Assembly (NCBI GenBank): GCA_951406725.2
Contig: OX597837.1
Location: 45,198,001-45,262,000, forward strand
Length of the DNA stretch: 64,000 nucleotides
DNA from: Octopus vulgaris
Taxonomy: Eukaryota
Direction: 5' to 3'
In this document: one piece after another, positions 42,405-56,292 of the stretch
Layout: each line of letters begins with the position of its first letter
Position numbering within the stretch: the first letter of the stretch is position 1
Notes under the pieces: generated by a model
What the model saw: the letters and a program-made list of their open reading frames with translations, nothing else
The model's database searches: none
What the model was told of the DNA's origin: nothing
Program-made: the position numbers and the translations under genes

Positions 42405-42770
42405 TTTAGAGATAGTAGGCCCCTTAATCCCACCATATAAAAGAATTTTAATTTACTTTAATACTTACTACTTATATCTTGGCTACACATGTTTCTTGAG
42501 GTTCATACCCCGGTTCCTTAACCACGCCGTGTTTCACAGGAACCTTTCTTAAAATATAACTCCAATCATATATATATATTTATATATACATACATACTTA
42601 TATACATATATACATACATATACAAACACATAAATACACATATGCACAGAGCCATATCTACACAGATATTGAACTTAGACGAAAAACAAAGTGAAAAGAT
42701 TATACATACCATAAATTATTTGATCTATTTAGAATAGGTTCTATTAATAGTTATGTACATGCCCAAACAA

Positions 42771-42877
<107 letters not shown>

Positions 42878-43385
42878 CATGCATAAACATACAATCGTAT
42901 ATATACACAACATATGCACATACACACACATAAGCAACAAAAACATATACAATCATATGCATATATATATCGAACATATACTCACACATAAAATCTAATA
43001 GGGTGATAAATATCCACAAATATAAAACCATAAAGATAGGGACAAAGAGAAATTATAGCAAAAATATATAAAAATATAGAGAAAACAACGATACATAAAC
43101 ATTGGATATAAATAAACAAAAACATAAGGATAAAAGGAATATGCATAAATACATATATATATATATACACATATACGCACATCAATACATATATATATAC
43201 ATACAATCATAGACATGTACACATATATAAAAACTAATAGGTAGGTAACTATCCATAAATGTAAAAATATAAAGATAACTAAACATTAAAGTAAAAATAT
43301 ATAAATGTATAGATAGAAAAGATATATAATCATTTGGATACAAATAGACAGACATATACACACTCATACATACACACATATACAT

Positions 43386-43430
<45 letters not shown>

Positions 43431-43436
43431 TCCATA

Positions 43437-43481
<45 letters not shown>

Positions 43482-43614
43482 TCATCACACATATCATCTT
43501 ATATAATTAATGAATATATATAAGCATAAGTTATATTAGAGTTTATAGCAAAAGATATCCACTAATAACTAAATAAAGAGAAAAATAATATAAAAATAAA
43601 AATATAATTTATTC

Positions 43615-43862
43615 CATAAAATGACTATCACATCTCTGAGTTATATCTTCAGTATAAATATTAGTACTAGAGATAAATTCATAAAATATTGATAACAACT
43701 AAATAAAATAACTTGCGAAAACAGACAGATTTATTATTTATTAATATTAAGTAAAATGTTAGAGATTTAGTTATATTTAGCAAAAATAAGTTAACTCGCA
43801 CAGTTACAGGCTAAAATTTCATCAGAATGTGCGTTCAAAAGTAATTTACGGGAAATAAAAAT

Positions 43863-43865
<3 letters not shown>
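43615..43865 (-). mobile_element. Second, tandem copy of the PLE endonuclease C-terminus plus 3' UTR
   Basis: [22 protein letters not shown] parallels FITCKLLLNIHYERILACTHAS; DNA similar to 44100-44330. Confidence 0.75.
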
Positions 43866-43927
<62 letters not shown>

Positions 43928-43957
43928 TATATGATATATATATATATATATATATGC

Positions 43958-43988
<31 letters not shown>

Positions 43989-44236
43989 CACATACATATA
44001 TATACACATACACACGCACACATATATAAACTTAGTAATTTGTATTACATATTTGTAACCAATAATGTCATTAATTAAATGATTAAAAATAATTTATTCG
44101 TATAATGACTATCCTTATCTGAGTTAATTCTTCGGTATAGATATTAGCACTAAAGATACGTAATATATATTAATATAAATGAATATCAAAATCAGTCAGA
44201 TTTATTATTTATCAATACAAATGAAATAATAGCAAT

Positions 44237-44565
44237 TTACTTATATTTACCAAAGAGAAATTTACTCGCATGAGTACAGGCTAAAATTCTTTCATAATGT
44301 ATGTTCAACAGTAATTTGCAAGTAATAAATATTTGACATAATTCTTCAGTACACATCTCACATCTCTTATTTGCGATATTATAAGATTGAGTATGGCTAA
44401 TAATATTCCAGCGCGATTTAAAATCTATTTTCTTATCTTTTAGCTCCCATATGAATTTACTCAGACCAGTTGAGTTCATCTTTTTCCTACCCTTAAAACT
44501 ATTTTAGTGGTTAGAGAAGCGAGTTTTAAATTTATTAGACGTTCATCCAATGTATGTATACTTAT
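44237..44565 (-). pseudogene. Penelope-like GIY-YIG endonuclease remnant
   Basis: TYIG*TSNKFKTRFSNH*NSFKGRKKMNSTGLSKFIWELK...W.I...Y...KRCEMCTEE...LLN...E...C.H..K; YIG at 44546-44554. Confidence 0.88.
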
Positions 44566-44611
44566 TATTAAGTGCATCAATCTCCCATTTATATACAATA
44601 TTTTATATATG

Positions 44612-44681
<70 letters not shown>

Positions 44682-44714
44682 TGTGTGTGTGATGTGATGC
44701 ATTAAAGTTATCTT

Positions 44715-45275
44715 TTCCCAAAATAAAAACAAAATCAACATTACGAAGTAACAGATTGGTTCAACAAAATCCCAAGTAAAAACGAATGCCATGTCTTTCA
44801 GTTTGACATAAAAGACTATAACGTGTAAATGAAACCTATCCATATAGCTGCTTTGAACTTCGCTAAAACCATAACTACAATAAACGACATCGAAAGAGAA
44901 ACAATACTGCAAGCAAGGAAATCGCTCCTCTGCTGCAACAGTGGATTAAGAAAAACACTAAAAACCATTTTATATAAGTATGGGATCAAAGGTCTCAGCA
45001 GAAATAAGCAGCATCATGGCGCTTTACATATTGGAAACCATACACAACAAATTTCCATCCATCTCAAGTGGTCTGTATAGAGACGACGGTCTTCTACTAA
45101 GAAACTACAATCCTTAAAAAAAGTATGAATGGAGGAAGGATCTACAACAAATTTTCAAAAACATTTGCTTATCAATCACAGTAAAAACACAACTAAAGTA
45201 ATTCACCTTCCAAGGTGTTACCCTCGACTTGGAATCAAGTATCTATAAACCATACAAAAAATACAACAAAAAAGT
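44715..45275 (+). pseudogene. Penelope-like reverse transcriptase remnant (core)
   Basis: VTDWFNKIPSKNECHVFQFDIKDY, ALNFAK, ARKSLL, FYISMGS..SAE, GLYRDDGL (YRDD 45076-45087), FQGVTLDL...YKPYKK; stops and frameshifts present. Confidence 0.9.
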
Positions 45276-45706
45276 TCATTGAGCGGTACATCATTTGTAC
45301 GATGTGGAGAATATACCGCCAACTTTGCCCAAACGACCTGAACATTAGCTTCAAGGTTCATCCAAGACTGGGACCACGGGCCATACGTCCGCTGCCCAAT
45401 TCAAGATCACAGCATACATGTACACTACAACATAATTTCTTTTCCTCAACAGGCCCTGCCCTATTTAACATTGTCCCGAAAGAGATCAAAGAGGAACAGG
45501 ATCCCATCAACTTTAAACGGAGTCTGGATAGATTCCTTCAAGGAATACCAGATAAGCCACCCATAATTGGATACAACTCACCCAACAAAAACTCACTACT
45601 TGAATGGACCATAAACAAAACTTGACTTAAACAGGATTCAAATAATCCTATCAGGTGGTGCTATTAAGTTAGACATGGCCTGGACCAATCATTGGTCGAA
45701 ACATAT
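45276..45706 (+). mobile_element. CR1-group LINE 3' fragment (family 1) inserted in the PLE RT
   Basis: GPALFNIVPKEIK..DPINFKRSLDRFLQGIPDKP...NSLLEW; tail CATGGCCTGGACCAATCATTGGTCGAAAC. Confidence 0.88.
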
Positions 45707-45715
45707 CTATATATA

Positions 45716-45765
<50 letters not shown>

Positions 45766-45768
<3 letters not shown>

Positions 45769-46411
45769 TCCTCTGGAAGACACTTGTCCTAAGCCACTTT
45801 GACTATTGCTCTCAGCTATGGTCACCATCCAGTGTCAAGTTGATCACAGAACTTGAGGCGATCCAACGAAGCTACACAAAGAAGATAGCCTCTATGCAGA
45901 ATGTAAGCTACTGGGAAAGACTCAAGAGATTAAAATTATATTCCCTGGAGCGTAGGCGGGAAAGATATGCCATAATATACATCTGGAAGATCCTGGAGGG
46001 AAGTGTCCTGAACTTTGGCATCGAGAGTCACGCAAATGCCAGAACTGGGCGCCACTGCGTGGTGCCTAGGACTCCAAACCTGCCATCAAGATGTAGGACA
46101 AGATTCTGTGATAGCCTGGGCTTCCGAGGCCCACAGCTCTTCAATATCCTCCCGAAGAACCTGAGAGACCTGCATGGGGTGGATACAGATGTCTTTAAAA
46201 TGAAGCTGGATCTCTTCCTGTCAGGTGTCCCAGATGAACCAACTTCACGGCAGGAGGGGCAGATGAGGGCAGCTGCATCGAACTCTCTCATGCACCAAAT
46301 AGCAGTTGCTAGAAAGCCTCCATGAAGTGAAACCAAGTAGCAACACCAAATGGCGGTGCCCCAGCATGGCCACAGCTCATAAGCTGAAACTAGAATCAAT
46401 CAATCAATCAA
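45766..46411 (+). mobile_element. CR1-group LINE 3' fragment (family 2), open 186-codon ORF2 C-terminus
   Basis: LWKTLVLSHFDYCSQLWSP...LEAIQRSYTKKI...SYWERLKRLKLYSLERRRER...GPQLFNILP...LD.FL..VPDEP; ends (ATCA)n; flanked by (TA)n. Confidence 0.93.
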
Positions 46412-46429
46412 TATATATATATATATATA

Positions 46430-47240
46430 TATCCAACCAGCCCCAAAAGCATTATCAAAAACCTAGTAAAAACATATTTATCGTGTACAGGAATTCTATA
46501 TATACACACTTTCTATAACTGACCCACTTTAGCATGTATCTAGAACGGGATCTGAAGAGATGATATAAACACACACACACCAATCAAATTTTACCTCAAG
46601 AAAGCAGGAAGTTCAAAATCCCTATATACTAACCAAATAGTTTATAGAACAATGAACACATCTGGAGAGAAACATATGAAGATATAATCTGTACTCGAAT
46701 AAGAGAATAAGCATAAGAAAAACAAGTCTCTATAGTCTATAACAACAGAGACGTGATACGTCCGACTTTAGTCAAATGACAACAATACCCTAAATAACAA
46801 GAGCAAGTAAAGAAATGACCAGCCTTAACTTACTACTTACGAATATTCTTTTGTGAAAGAAAAGTTGCATCCAATTACTATGGGCTTAAATACTGGACAT
46901 TGTACTTTTCATCTTTACATTGTCAAAGCAAACGGATTAACTCCAGTAATACCAAATGCAATAAAAATACTGTCACATCCTGTGCCCAACAAACAAAAGA
47001 TAAAACACCTACGAGCTTGTTTACAAAGTTCTACAAGTATCAATAAAGTTTAAATAGTAAAATAAAGCGAATCTTAATCAAGGGAATTTTTTCCAAAACC
47101 TCTTTCAGTAACAAATAACCAAAATCACCTGATTACCACCACACACAAACCCAAACACTCAAAGATGATTTTAAGCCAAGAACCTTTATAAAAACAACAC
47201 AGAGTTCGACGATAGCTTAGCATGCGGAAACTTCGAAGTT
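46430..47240 (+). pseudogene. Continuation of the decayed PLE ORF (thumb/linker)
   Basis: Resumes with SNQP-KSIIKNL (PLE SNHP..II motif) right after the LINE insertions; the rest is highly decayed and the end is uncertain. Confidence 0.5.
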
Positions 47241-47255
47241 ACTATCAGCAACATT

Positions 47256-47323
<68 letters not shown>

Positions 47324-47329
47324 TATACT

Positions 47330-47530
47330 TTTATTCTTTTTTTTACTTGTTTCAGTCATGTGACTGATACCATGCTGGGGCACTGCATTTAGTCGAACAA
47401 ATCGACCTCCGAGAGTTATTCTTTGTAAGCCTATTACTTATTCTATCAGTTCTCTCGCCGAACCGCTAAGTTACAGGTACATTAACACACTAGCATCAAT
47501 TGTCAAGCGATGACGGGAGGACAAACAGAC
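47330..47530 (-). mobile_element. SINE family A 3' half
   Basis: TTACTTGTTTCAGTCATGTGACTG...CCGAACCGCTAAGTTAC...TGTCAAGCGATG. Confidence 0.8.
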
Positions 47531-47825
47531 ACGAACACACCCACACATAAACACACACGCATATATATTTTCTAAATATTTTCTAAATTTATAAAAACAA
47601 ACTTACGCCTCTATTAATTATTAATTATTACACCCTTCTTCACTCGAGCTGTTTTCGATATTATATAATACAATATATTCATATTTCACATTTCAATGTG
47701 CGCACCACCCAACCGTTAGCGAATACAACACCTTATGTTTTGAAAATAAGTTATAAAATTAAATTCAAATGCTTCATCATTAAATTGAATTATATCAAAT
47801 CATTTATTATATTTACAATCGCAAC

Positions 47826-47858
47826 AGCCTGACGAGCGGAAGCGTGAAACACTGAGTA
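47826..47858 (+). ncRNA. HHR-like motif in a PLE-like fragment
   Basis: CTGACGA-GCG-GAAG-CGT-GAAA-C-ACTGA-G-TA; stem I is not clearly paired. Confidence 0.45.
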
Positions 47859-48074
47859 AAAGTTTTGGTGATGTTTTTGTAATTTTAATCAAAAAGCAGA
47901 TTACTCTACCTTTGGTATTTGAGTACTACCTGTTACCAACTTGCTTTGCATTAATTTACTTACTCGTGTATGTATGTAAGTACGTATGTATGTGTGTATA
48001 TATATACATATACATGTATATTATATACATACACATATACATATATATTATATATATACATATATTATATATAT

Positions 48075-48107
<33 letters not shown>

Positions 48108-48648
48108 GGTAAGTAGGTAGGTAGGTCGGTATGTGTGCACGAGGAAAGCAGCAGTGAGATTCTTCAGGTAGAGACACACAAATCTCAGACTTGAATACTA
48201 TTTCAATGTACCAAACACCATTGAGTACTTTTTTTTGCTGAATTGCATTATTCATTCACCATTATACAAAAATCCATTAGATTTGTGTGTGTGTGTGTGT
48301 GTATGTGCTTGTATATGTGAGTGAATATAAAAATATAATATACCTCCTCTGTGTATTTAGGTATGTAAGTATTAGCATAGTTACCATTGTATACTTATGG
48401 TGTTGTTTTTTTTTACTTGCTTTGTTTTTTGGGTTTTTTTTGTGTCTTTTGCATCTTTCTACTTCTTCATTTATCCATAGAATACATATCTCGCCCAAAA
48501 ACTTCGTTAATCTTTCATGCACAATACATAGATATACACACACTTAGCTACACACACACATATGTATGTATGTATATTTCTTTATATATACATACATATA
48601 TATACATACGTATATATACATATGTACATGTGAATGTATACGTATTAA

Positions 48649-48700
<52 letters not shown>

Positions 48701-48924
48701 ATATATATATACATATATATATATATATGTCATATGCCTATATAAAATATCTGTATGTACGTATAGGTGCATATATATATATAGATATATTAAGATATAT
48801 ATATATAATTCATATATAGATACATATATAGATAGATAGATAGATAGAAACACATAGAGGGTGAATGAGAGAGGGATAAAGAGCAAGGAAAAGAGACAGA
48901 GATAGAGAGGTATGTATTGATAAG

Positions 48925-49018
<94 letters not shown>

Positions 49019-49104
49019 CATATATATACATATATACATACATACGGGTAGCATTTCCGTACATTTGTGCCTTAGTACTTGCTATGTCTATACATGTGCA
49101 CGTT

Positions 49105-49137
<33 letters not shown>

Positions 49138-49998
49138 GAGTTAATGTAAGAGAGAGAGGGAGAGAGAGGCCGTGTGTGTGTGTATGTGTGTGTAGGTGTT
49201 TTATATTATAGCGTCCAAAATGATATCAATCAGATACGTAAAATTGATTCCATTCAAATATCTTTGTCCCTTCGTCTTTGATATTTGTGTTCGGTTCTCC
49301 AACTGTGAAGAGTCACAATGAAACGGAAAAGGGAAGCGAAAAAATGGTGAAGAGGAATTTGATATTATTTTGAAGCCAGAGCGGAAATTAGAGGAGAGAG
49401 AGAGTGAAGGAGTGAGTAAGGGAGAGAGAGAGAGAGTGTGTGAGAGGGTGAGAGTGAGGGAGTATGTGGGTGGGTGTGTGTCTACGTGTGTGCCTGTTTG
49501 TGTGTGTGTTTCTGGGAGAATGTTAGAGAGAGAGAGAGAGCAAGACGGAGAGGAAGAGAGATCAAGAGAGAGAAAAAGAGAGCACGAGAGTGGGCAAAAG
49601 AGAGAGAGAGATTAAGAGAGAGAGAGCAAGAGAGCGGGCAAGAGAGAGAGAGAGTAAGAGAGTTAGAGAGAGAGAGAGAGAGGGACAGAGAGAGTAAGAG
49701 AGAGTTAGAGAGAGAGAGTAAGAGAGAGCAAGTGAGAGAGAGTCAGAGAGAGGGAGAGAGAAAGAGAGAAAGAGGGATAGAAAGTATCAGTGACTGAGAA
49801 AGAGATGATGCATTTGTGTATATTTGTGTGTGTGTGAATGTTGTGTGTGTGTGTGTGTGTGAGTGTGTGTTTTGGTGCATGTGTGTTTATGTATGTGTAT
49901 TATTAAGAGCTCTATGAACCTAGGGGCAAAAAGAGTGTGTGTAGTGGGTTGCATGTATATATATATACATACACACAAACACACACTCTCACACATAC

Positions 49999-50101
<103 letters not shown>

Positions 50102-50669
50102 GTGTGCGTGTGTATTTATGTACGATAAATTGGAAGATGAAGAAAGAGGGGATATTAGAGAGAGAGAGAGGGAGAGAGGGGGAGCGAGAGAGAGAAGAGA
50201 TATGTTGATGTGATAAAGTGATAAACAAAGTGAGAGAGGGAGAGAGAGAGAGAGAGAGAGAGATAAAAAAGAGTGAGAATTAAATAGGGTTAACCAGCGA
50301 CAGACGTGTGTTGTATGTAAATTTGATGAAAGATTCATCTTGTTCCAAGTTGTATAAAAGTTATGTTAATCTGCTGCAGGTTGTAAGGTCTCAGTCGATC
50401 TATTGTCCGCCATTTTGTCACCTGAAAGTCTTTCTAACAATTGGCCCCAAGTTTTCCATTGTCTATCTCTGACGAAGGGGCGATTCCTATTCATTGAGAT
50501 TTTGTTGTTAAGTCCACCAGTCGATAGATCATCATCCTTCGAATAGATTGCTTGGTATTGTTAGTCATTTTTATTTTTTTATTTCGTCTATTGTTAGTTT
50601 ATTTACTGTATTTTCTTTTCATCGGGAACGGATACAAAAAGTAGGTAAACTGTCCTCACGGGTCAGCAA

Positions 50670-51620
50670 CACGATGACCACTATCACCACCATAACTACA
50701 ACCACAACCACGACCACAACCGCCACAATCGTCATCGTCACAATCGTCACTACCATTAAAGCACAACCACCACCATAATTACCATCATCACCGCAACCAG
50801 GAGTACCACCACCACCACCACCATTTTAACCATACCATCACCACCACAACTACAACCACAACTACAAGCCCACAATCACTACTACCACTAAACCACAACC
50901 ACCACCATAATCACCACCACCACAACCGGTACCACCACCATCAACACCATCATCACCGCAAACAGGAGTACCGCCACCACCACCACTTCAACCACCAACA
51001 TCTCATCCGCTGCCAGCTCCATATCCAGCACTACTGCCAATACAGTCACTACAGCCTCGACCAGTACCTCAACTATCGCCACTGCAACCAACACTACAAC
51101 CACAGCCACCACTACCGCCAACACTGATAACCACCACCACCACCACTACAATCAATATTACTGCAACCACAAATATCACAACTGTCACTACCAACATCTT
51201 CAACACTATAACAACAACCACCACTACAACAATAGCCACCACTACCACAACAGCCACCACTACCACAACCATCACTCTACCATCATCACTGCACAACACA
51301 AAACCAACATCACTACCACAGTCACCACCATCGCAACCCTAAAACCACCTCCGCCTCTATTACCACATCTCCAACACCACAGCCACCACTGCTACCACCA
51401 CTACGGTCATTATCACTAACAGGGTCACCACCACCACAAACACTTTCGCCACTACCACTATCACAACCAGCATCACCACTACCACCACCACCACCTTCAC
51501 CAAATCACAACCACTACCATAACCACCATCACCACTACCACTACCACCACCACCATTACCATCACCACTACCATGCTCACAACCACCATCACCACAATCA
51601 CAACCACAACCACCACGGCT
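50670..51620. repeat. Decayed (ACC/ACT/ACA)n low-complexity tract
   Basis: Read directly; frames are interrupted, so not a mucin exon on present evidence. Confidence 0.85.
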
Positions 51621-51974
51621 TGTATAATTATCTGACGTTACGGAGATAGAGAGAAGTTTTAAGATTCGAAGATTATGGGCTTAAAACCATTTGAATAGTT
51701 TGCGTCCAAGCAATATAATCCTAGTAGTTGATGAGAATTTAAAGAGAACCTAGCTAGAACTATACCTTGTGGTGTGTCACGTAAGAACTATTTTGTACCA
51801 AGTTCGATTCTTAGTCAATGCAATTTTACTTCACATTCAGTAACGGTTCCACTTGTCACCGTCTTTTCAAACTTGAAGTGTGATAAGACATTGAAGGAGC
51901 CACGATGGAGTCGTCAAACAGTTCTTTTCTTTTTTAGAAAGAGCAGCTAAATTTATCCCAAATAACAGCATATA

Positions 51975-52139
51975 GGCGCAGGCGTGCCTATGTGATAAGA
52001 AGCTTGCTTTTCAAACATATGGTTCAGTGTTCAGTCCTACTGCGTGGCATCTTGGGCAAGTGTCTTCTACCAAGGCCTCGGGCCGACCAAACACTTTTGA
52101 GTGAATTTGATAGAAGGGAACTAAAAGAAGCTCATCATA

Positions 52140-52140
<1 letters not shown>
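51975..52140 (+). mobile_element. SINE family A 5' half (outer left boundary of palindrome)
   Basis: GGCGCAGGCGTG head; mirrored by a more decayed minus copy at ~55575-55715. Confidence 0.8.
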
Positions 52141-52186
<46 letters not shown>

Positions 52187-52329
52187 ACCTCCCCTGTTCG
52201 AAGGTTATAATGGACACAGGTTTGCGTGTCACATAGCTAGCTAGAGGCGATGACCTCTTGGGGCTAATCAACGACAGCATTCGTCCTATTTATCTGGACT
52301 GCCATGTTAGCTTGGCGATAAGTATTAAC

Positions 52330-52771
<442 letters not shown>

Positions 52772-52794
52772 TAGATATATAAATTAGAAATGGA

Positions 52795-53938
52795 AACAAA
52801 ATAATAAAATCTAATGATTAGATAATTTAATCATTAATTGATTAATTCAATTCGGTTTCATTATTTCTCTACAAATAAATGGCAAAACAAGTTACAGCTG
52901 TTTCCACGTCATTAAATAACAGTTTTTTTGTTTTTTTTTACCATAAATTAAGAATATTGTTTAAAATCTAATGCGCTTTCATCAGACGGACATACCTTGT
53001 TAATTAATTTTCGAAAATAACAGGTAAACGTTTTATTAGATTTCATTTTCGCTTTGTTTCATATGTATATATATATATTTGTATGCGTATGTATATGTGC
53101 GGATATATAAATATTTATATATGAATATGAATATGTAACAAAATCGGTTCTAGAACTAGTAACTAATAGTTTTCAATTCAAGAATTTACGAAATTTCAGT
53201 TAGTATATTTATTTATTCTTAAGCTCGCTATTAAAAATTATGAAAATATCTATATTTTCGCAAAATATTTAGTAAGATATGTCCGTCTAATTTAAACCTC
53301 CTTATATTTAAAACTTCATTTTTAATTTATGAAAAAAAAACCCCTGTCATTTTGATGATGTGGAAACAGGTGTAACTAGATTTATAATTTGTTTATATCA
53401 AAATAATAACAGTGAATTGAATTTATCAATTAATGATTAAATGATTTATTAAATATTATTATTTTCTTTCCATTTCTAATTTTTAGTATTTTCATAAACT
53501 GATTGTTTATTCTTTACCTATCTGTTATGAGCGATAGTTCATAGCAAGGTTATTTATCTAGGTAAATAACCAGTGAGTTCTTTGGATATACAACATCCCT
53601 AGGTGGTTATTTAACACCTAACTGAATTATTATCTTTTATATATATAGGAAAAGGATCCCATCAACTTTAAACGGAGTCTGGATAGATTCCTTCAAGGAA
53701 TATCAGATAAGCCACCCATAACTGGATTCAACTCACCCAACAAAAACTCACTACTTGAATGAGCATAAACAAAACTTGACTTAAACAGGATTTAGATAAT
53801 CCTATCAGGTGGTGGTACTAAGTTAGACATGGCCTGGACCAATCTTTGGTCGAAACATATCTAAGTCTTATCTAAGTTATATATATATTAGTTAATTGGA
53901 CCAATCTTTGGTCGAAACATATCTAAGTCTTATCTAAG

Positions 53939-53992
<54 letters not shown>

Positions 53993-55074
53993 CTTAGATA
54001 AGACTTAGATATGTTTCGACCAAAGATTGGTCCAGGCCATGTCTAACTTAGTACCACCACCTGATAGGATTATCTAAATCCTGTTTAAGTCAAGTTTTGT
54101 TTATGCTCATTCAAGTAGTGAGTTTTTGTTGGGTGAGTTGAATCCAGTTATGGGTGGCTTATCTGATATTCCTTGAAGGAATCTATCCAGACTCCGTTTA
54201 AAGTTGATGGGATCCTTTTCCTATATATATAAAAGATAATAATTCAGTTAGGTGTTAAATAACCACCTAGGGATGTTGTATATCCAAAGAACTCACTGGT
54301 TATTTACCTAGATAAATAACCTTGCTATGAACTATCGCTCATAACAGATAGGTAAAGAATAAACAATCAGTTTATGAAAATACTAAAAATTAGAAATGGA
54401 AAGAAAATAATAATATTTAATAAATCATTTAATCATTAATTGATAAATTCAATTCACTGTTATTATTTTGATATAAACAAATTATAAATCTAGTTACACC
54501 TGTTTCCACATCATCAAAATGACAGGGGTTTTTTTTTCATAAATTAAAAATGAAGTTTTAAATATAAGGAGGTTTAAATTAGACGGACATATCTTACTAA
54601 ATATTTTGCGAAAATATAGATATTTTCATAATTTTTAATAGCGAGCTTAAGAATAAATAAATATACTAACTGAAATTTCGTAAATTCTTGAATTGAAAAC
54701 TATTAGTTACTAGTTCTAGAACCGATTTTGTTACATATTCATATTCATATATAAATATTTATATATCCGCACATATACATACGCATACAAATATATATAT
54801 ATACATATGAAACAAAGCGAAAATGAAATCTAATAAAACGTTTACCTGTTATTTTCGAAAATTAATTAACAAGGTATGTCCGTCTGATGAAAGCGCATTA
54901 GATTTTAAACAATATTCTTAATTTATGGTAAAAAAAAACAAAAAAACTGTTATTTAATGACGTGGAAACAGCTGTAACTTGTTTTGCCATTTATTTGTAG
55001 AGAAATAATGAAACCGAATTGAATTAATCAATTAATGATTAAATTATCTAATCATTAGATTTTATTATTTTGTT
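52795..55074. repeat. Long inverted repeat, 1084-bp arms (52795-53878 / 53991-55074)
   Basis: Arms are of equal length and identical in all spot checks; spacer holds a 44-bp duplication and (AT)25. Confidence 0.95.
53648..53878 (+). mobile_element. CR1-group LINE family-1 3' fragment (mirrored at 53991-54221)
   Basis: Matches 45490-45706; (TA)n on both sides. Confidence 0.9.
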
Positions 55075-55087
55075 CCCATTTCAAATT

Positions 55088-55139
<52 letters not shown>

Positions 55140-55281
55140 TGATAGTTATCGCCAAGATACCTTGGCAGTCCGGGAAAATAGGACGAATGCTGCCGTTGAT
55201 TAGCCCCAAGAGGTCATCGCCTCTAGCTAGCTATGTGACACACAAACCTGTGTCCATTATAATCTTCGAACAGGGGAGGTC

Positions 55282-55317
<36 letters not shown>

Positions 55318-55443
55318 TCCATTATATACATATGTACATATATACATATGTACATATTTATATGTATGTGTATGTATGTAAATATAAATATATATATATA
55401 TATATATGTAAGTATGTATATATATATATATACACACACACAC

Positions 55444-55512
<69 letters not shown>

Positions 55513-55830
55513 CTCACATACAGACGCACGCACACACACACACAGACACACAGACACATATATATATATATACAATGGCTTCCATTCAGTCTCCTTCTCC
55601 CGAGTCATCCATTCCAGGGCTCTGGTAAAAGACACTTACCCAAGATACCACGCAGTAGAACTGAACCATGAACCACGTGCTTACCAGGAGAGTTCCTCGA
55701 CCACACAGTCATACTACAATGAAATTTTCTAGAAGGCCATGGCTGGACAAACAATCGAATGTAGAAAGAGTCATCATCATCAAGATCTCTTGACTTTGGG
55801 ATTCTACTCTCGACGCTTTCAAATCAATCG

Positions 55831-55926
55831 TTGCCATCGGTCACTCTTGCCATTGGTCACTCTTGCCATTGGTCACTCTTGCCATTGGTCACTCTTGCCA
55901 TTGGTCACTCTTGCCATTGGTCATTC
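55831..55926. repeat. Minisatellite, 6 x 16 bp (TTGCCATTGGTCACTC)
   Basis: Read directly. Confidence 0.95.
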
Positions 55927-56094
55927 TTCTCCCCTACTACTACTGCTGCTGCTGTTGCTACTGATTCTGTAACTACTGTTACTGCAACTACTGCCACTAC
56001 TACTACTACCACTTCAACGACTACTACTACTACTGTTGCTACTACTGTTGACAATGATGTAGCAGCAGCAGCAGTAGTAGTAGTAATAGTAGTT

Positions 56095-56292
56095 ATTGTT
56101 GTCCTTGTGTTTATCTCGCCTACCGCCATTGTTTGACAACCGGTGTTGGTTTGCTTACGTCCCCGTAATTTAGCGGGTCAGCTAAAAAGAAAAAAAAAGA
56201 TTAATCGAATAATTACCTGTTTGTTCAACTGAAACCTTCCAAGGTGGTTCCCAGTCATGGTCGCAGTCCAATGATTGAAACAAGTAAAAGGT
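56095..56292 (+). mobile_element. SINE family A 3' half
   Basis: TTGACAACCGGTGTTGG...GTCCCCGTAATTTAGCGG...CAGTCCAATGATTGAAACAAGTAAAAG. Confidence 0.75.

Noticed and set aside
50548-51620. Thr-rich mucin-like exon (also 55930-57000)
   Set aside because: Decayed trinucleotide repeats with frame breaks and no flanking domain
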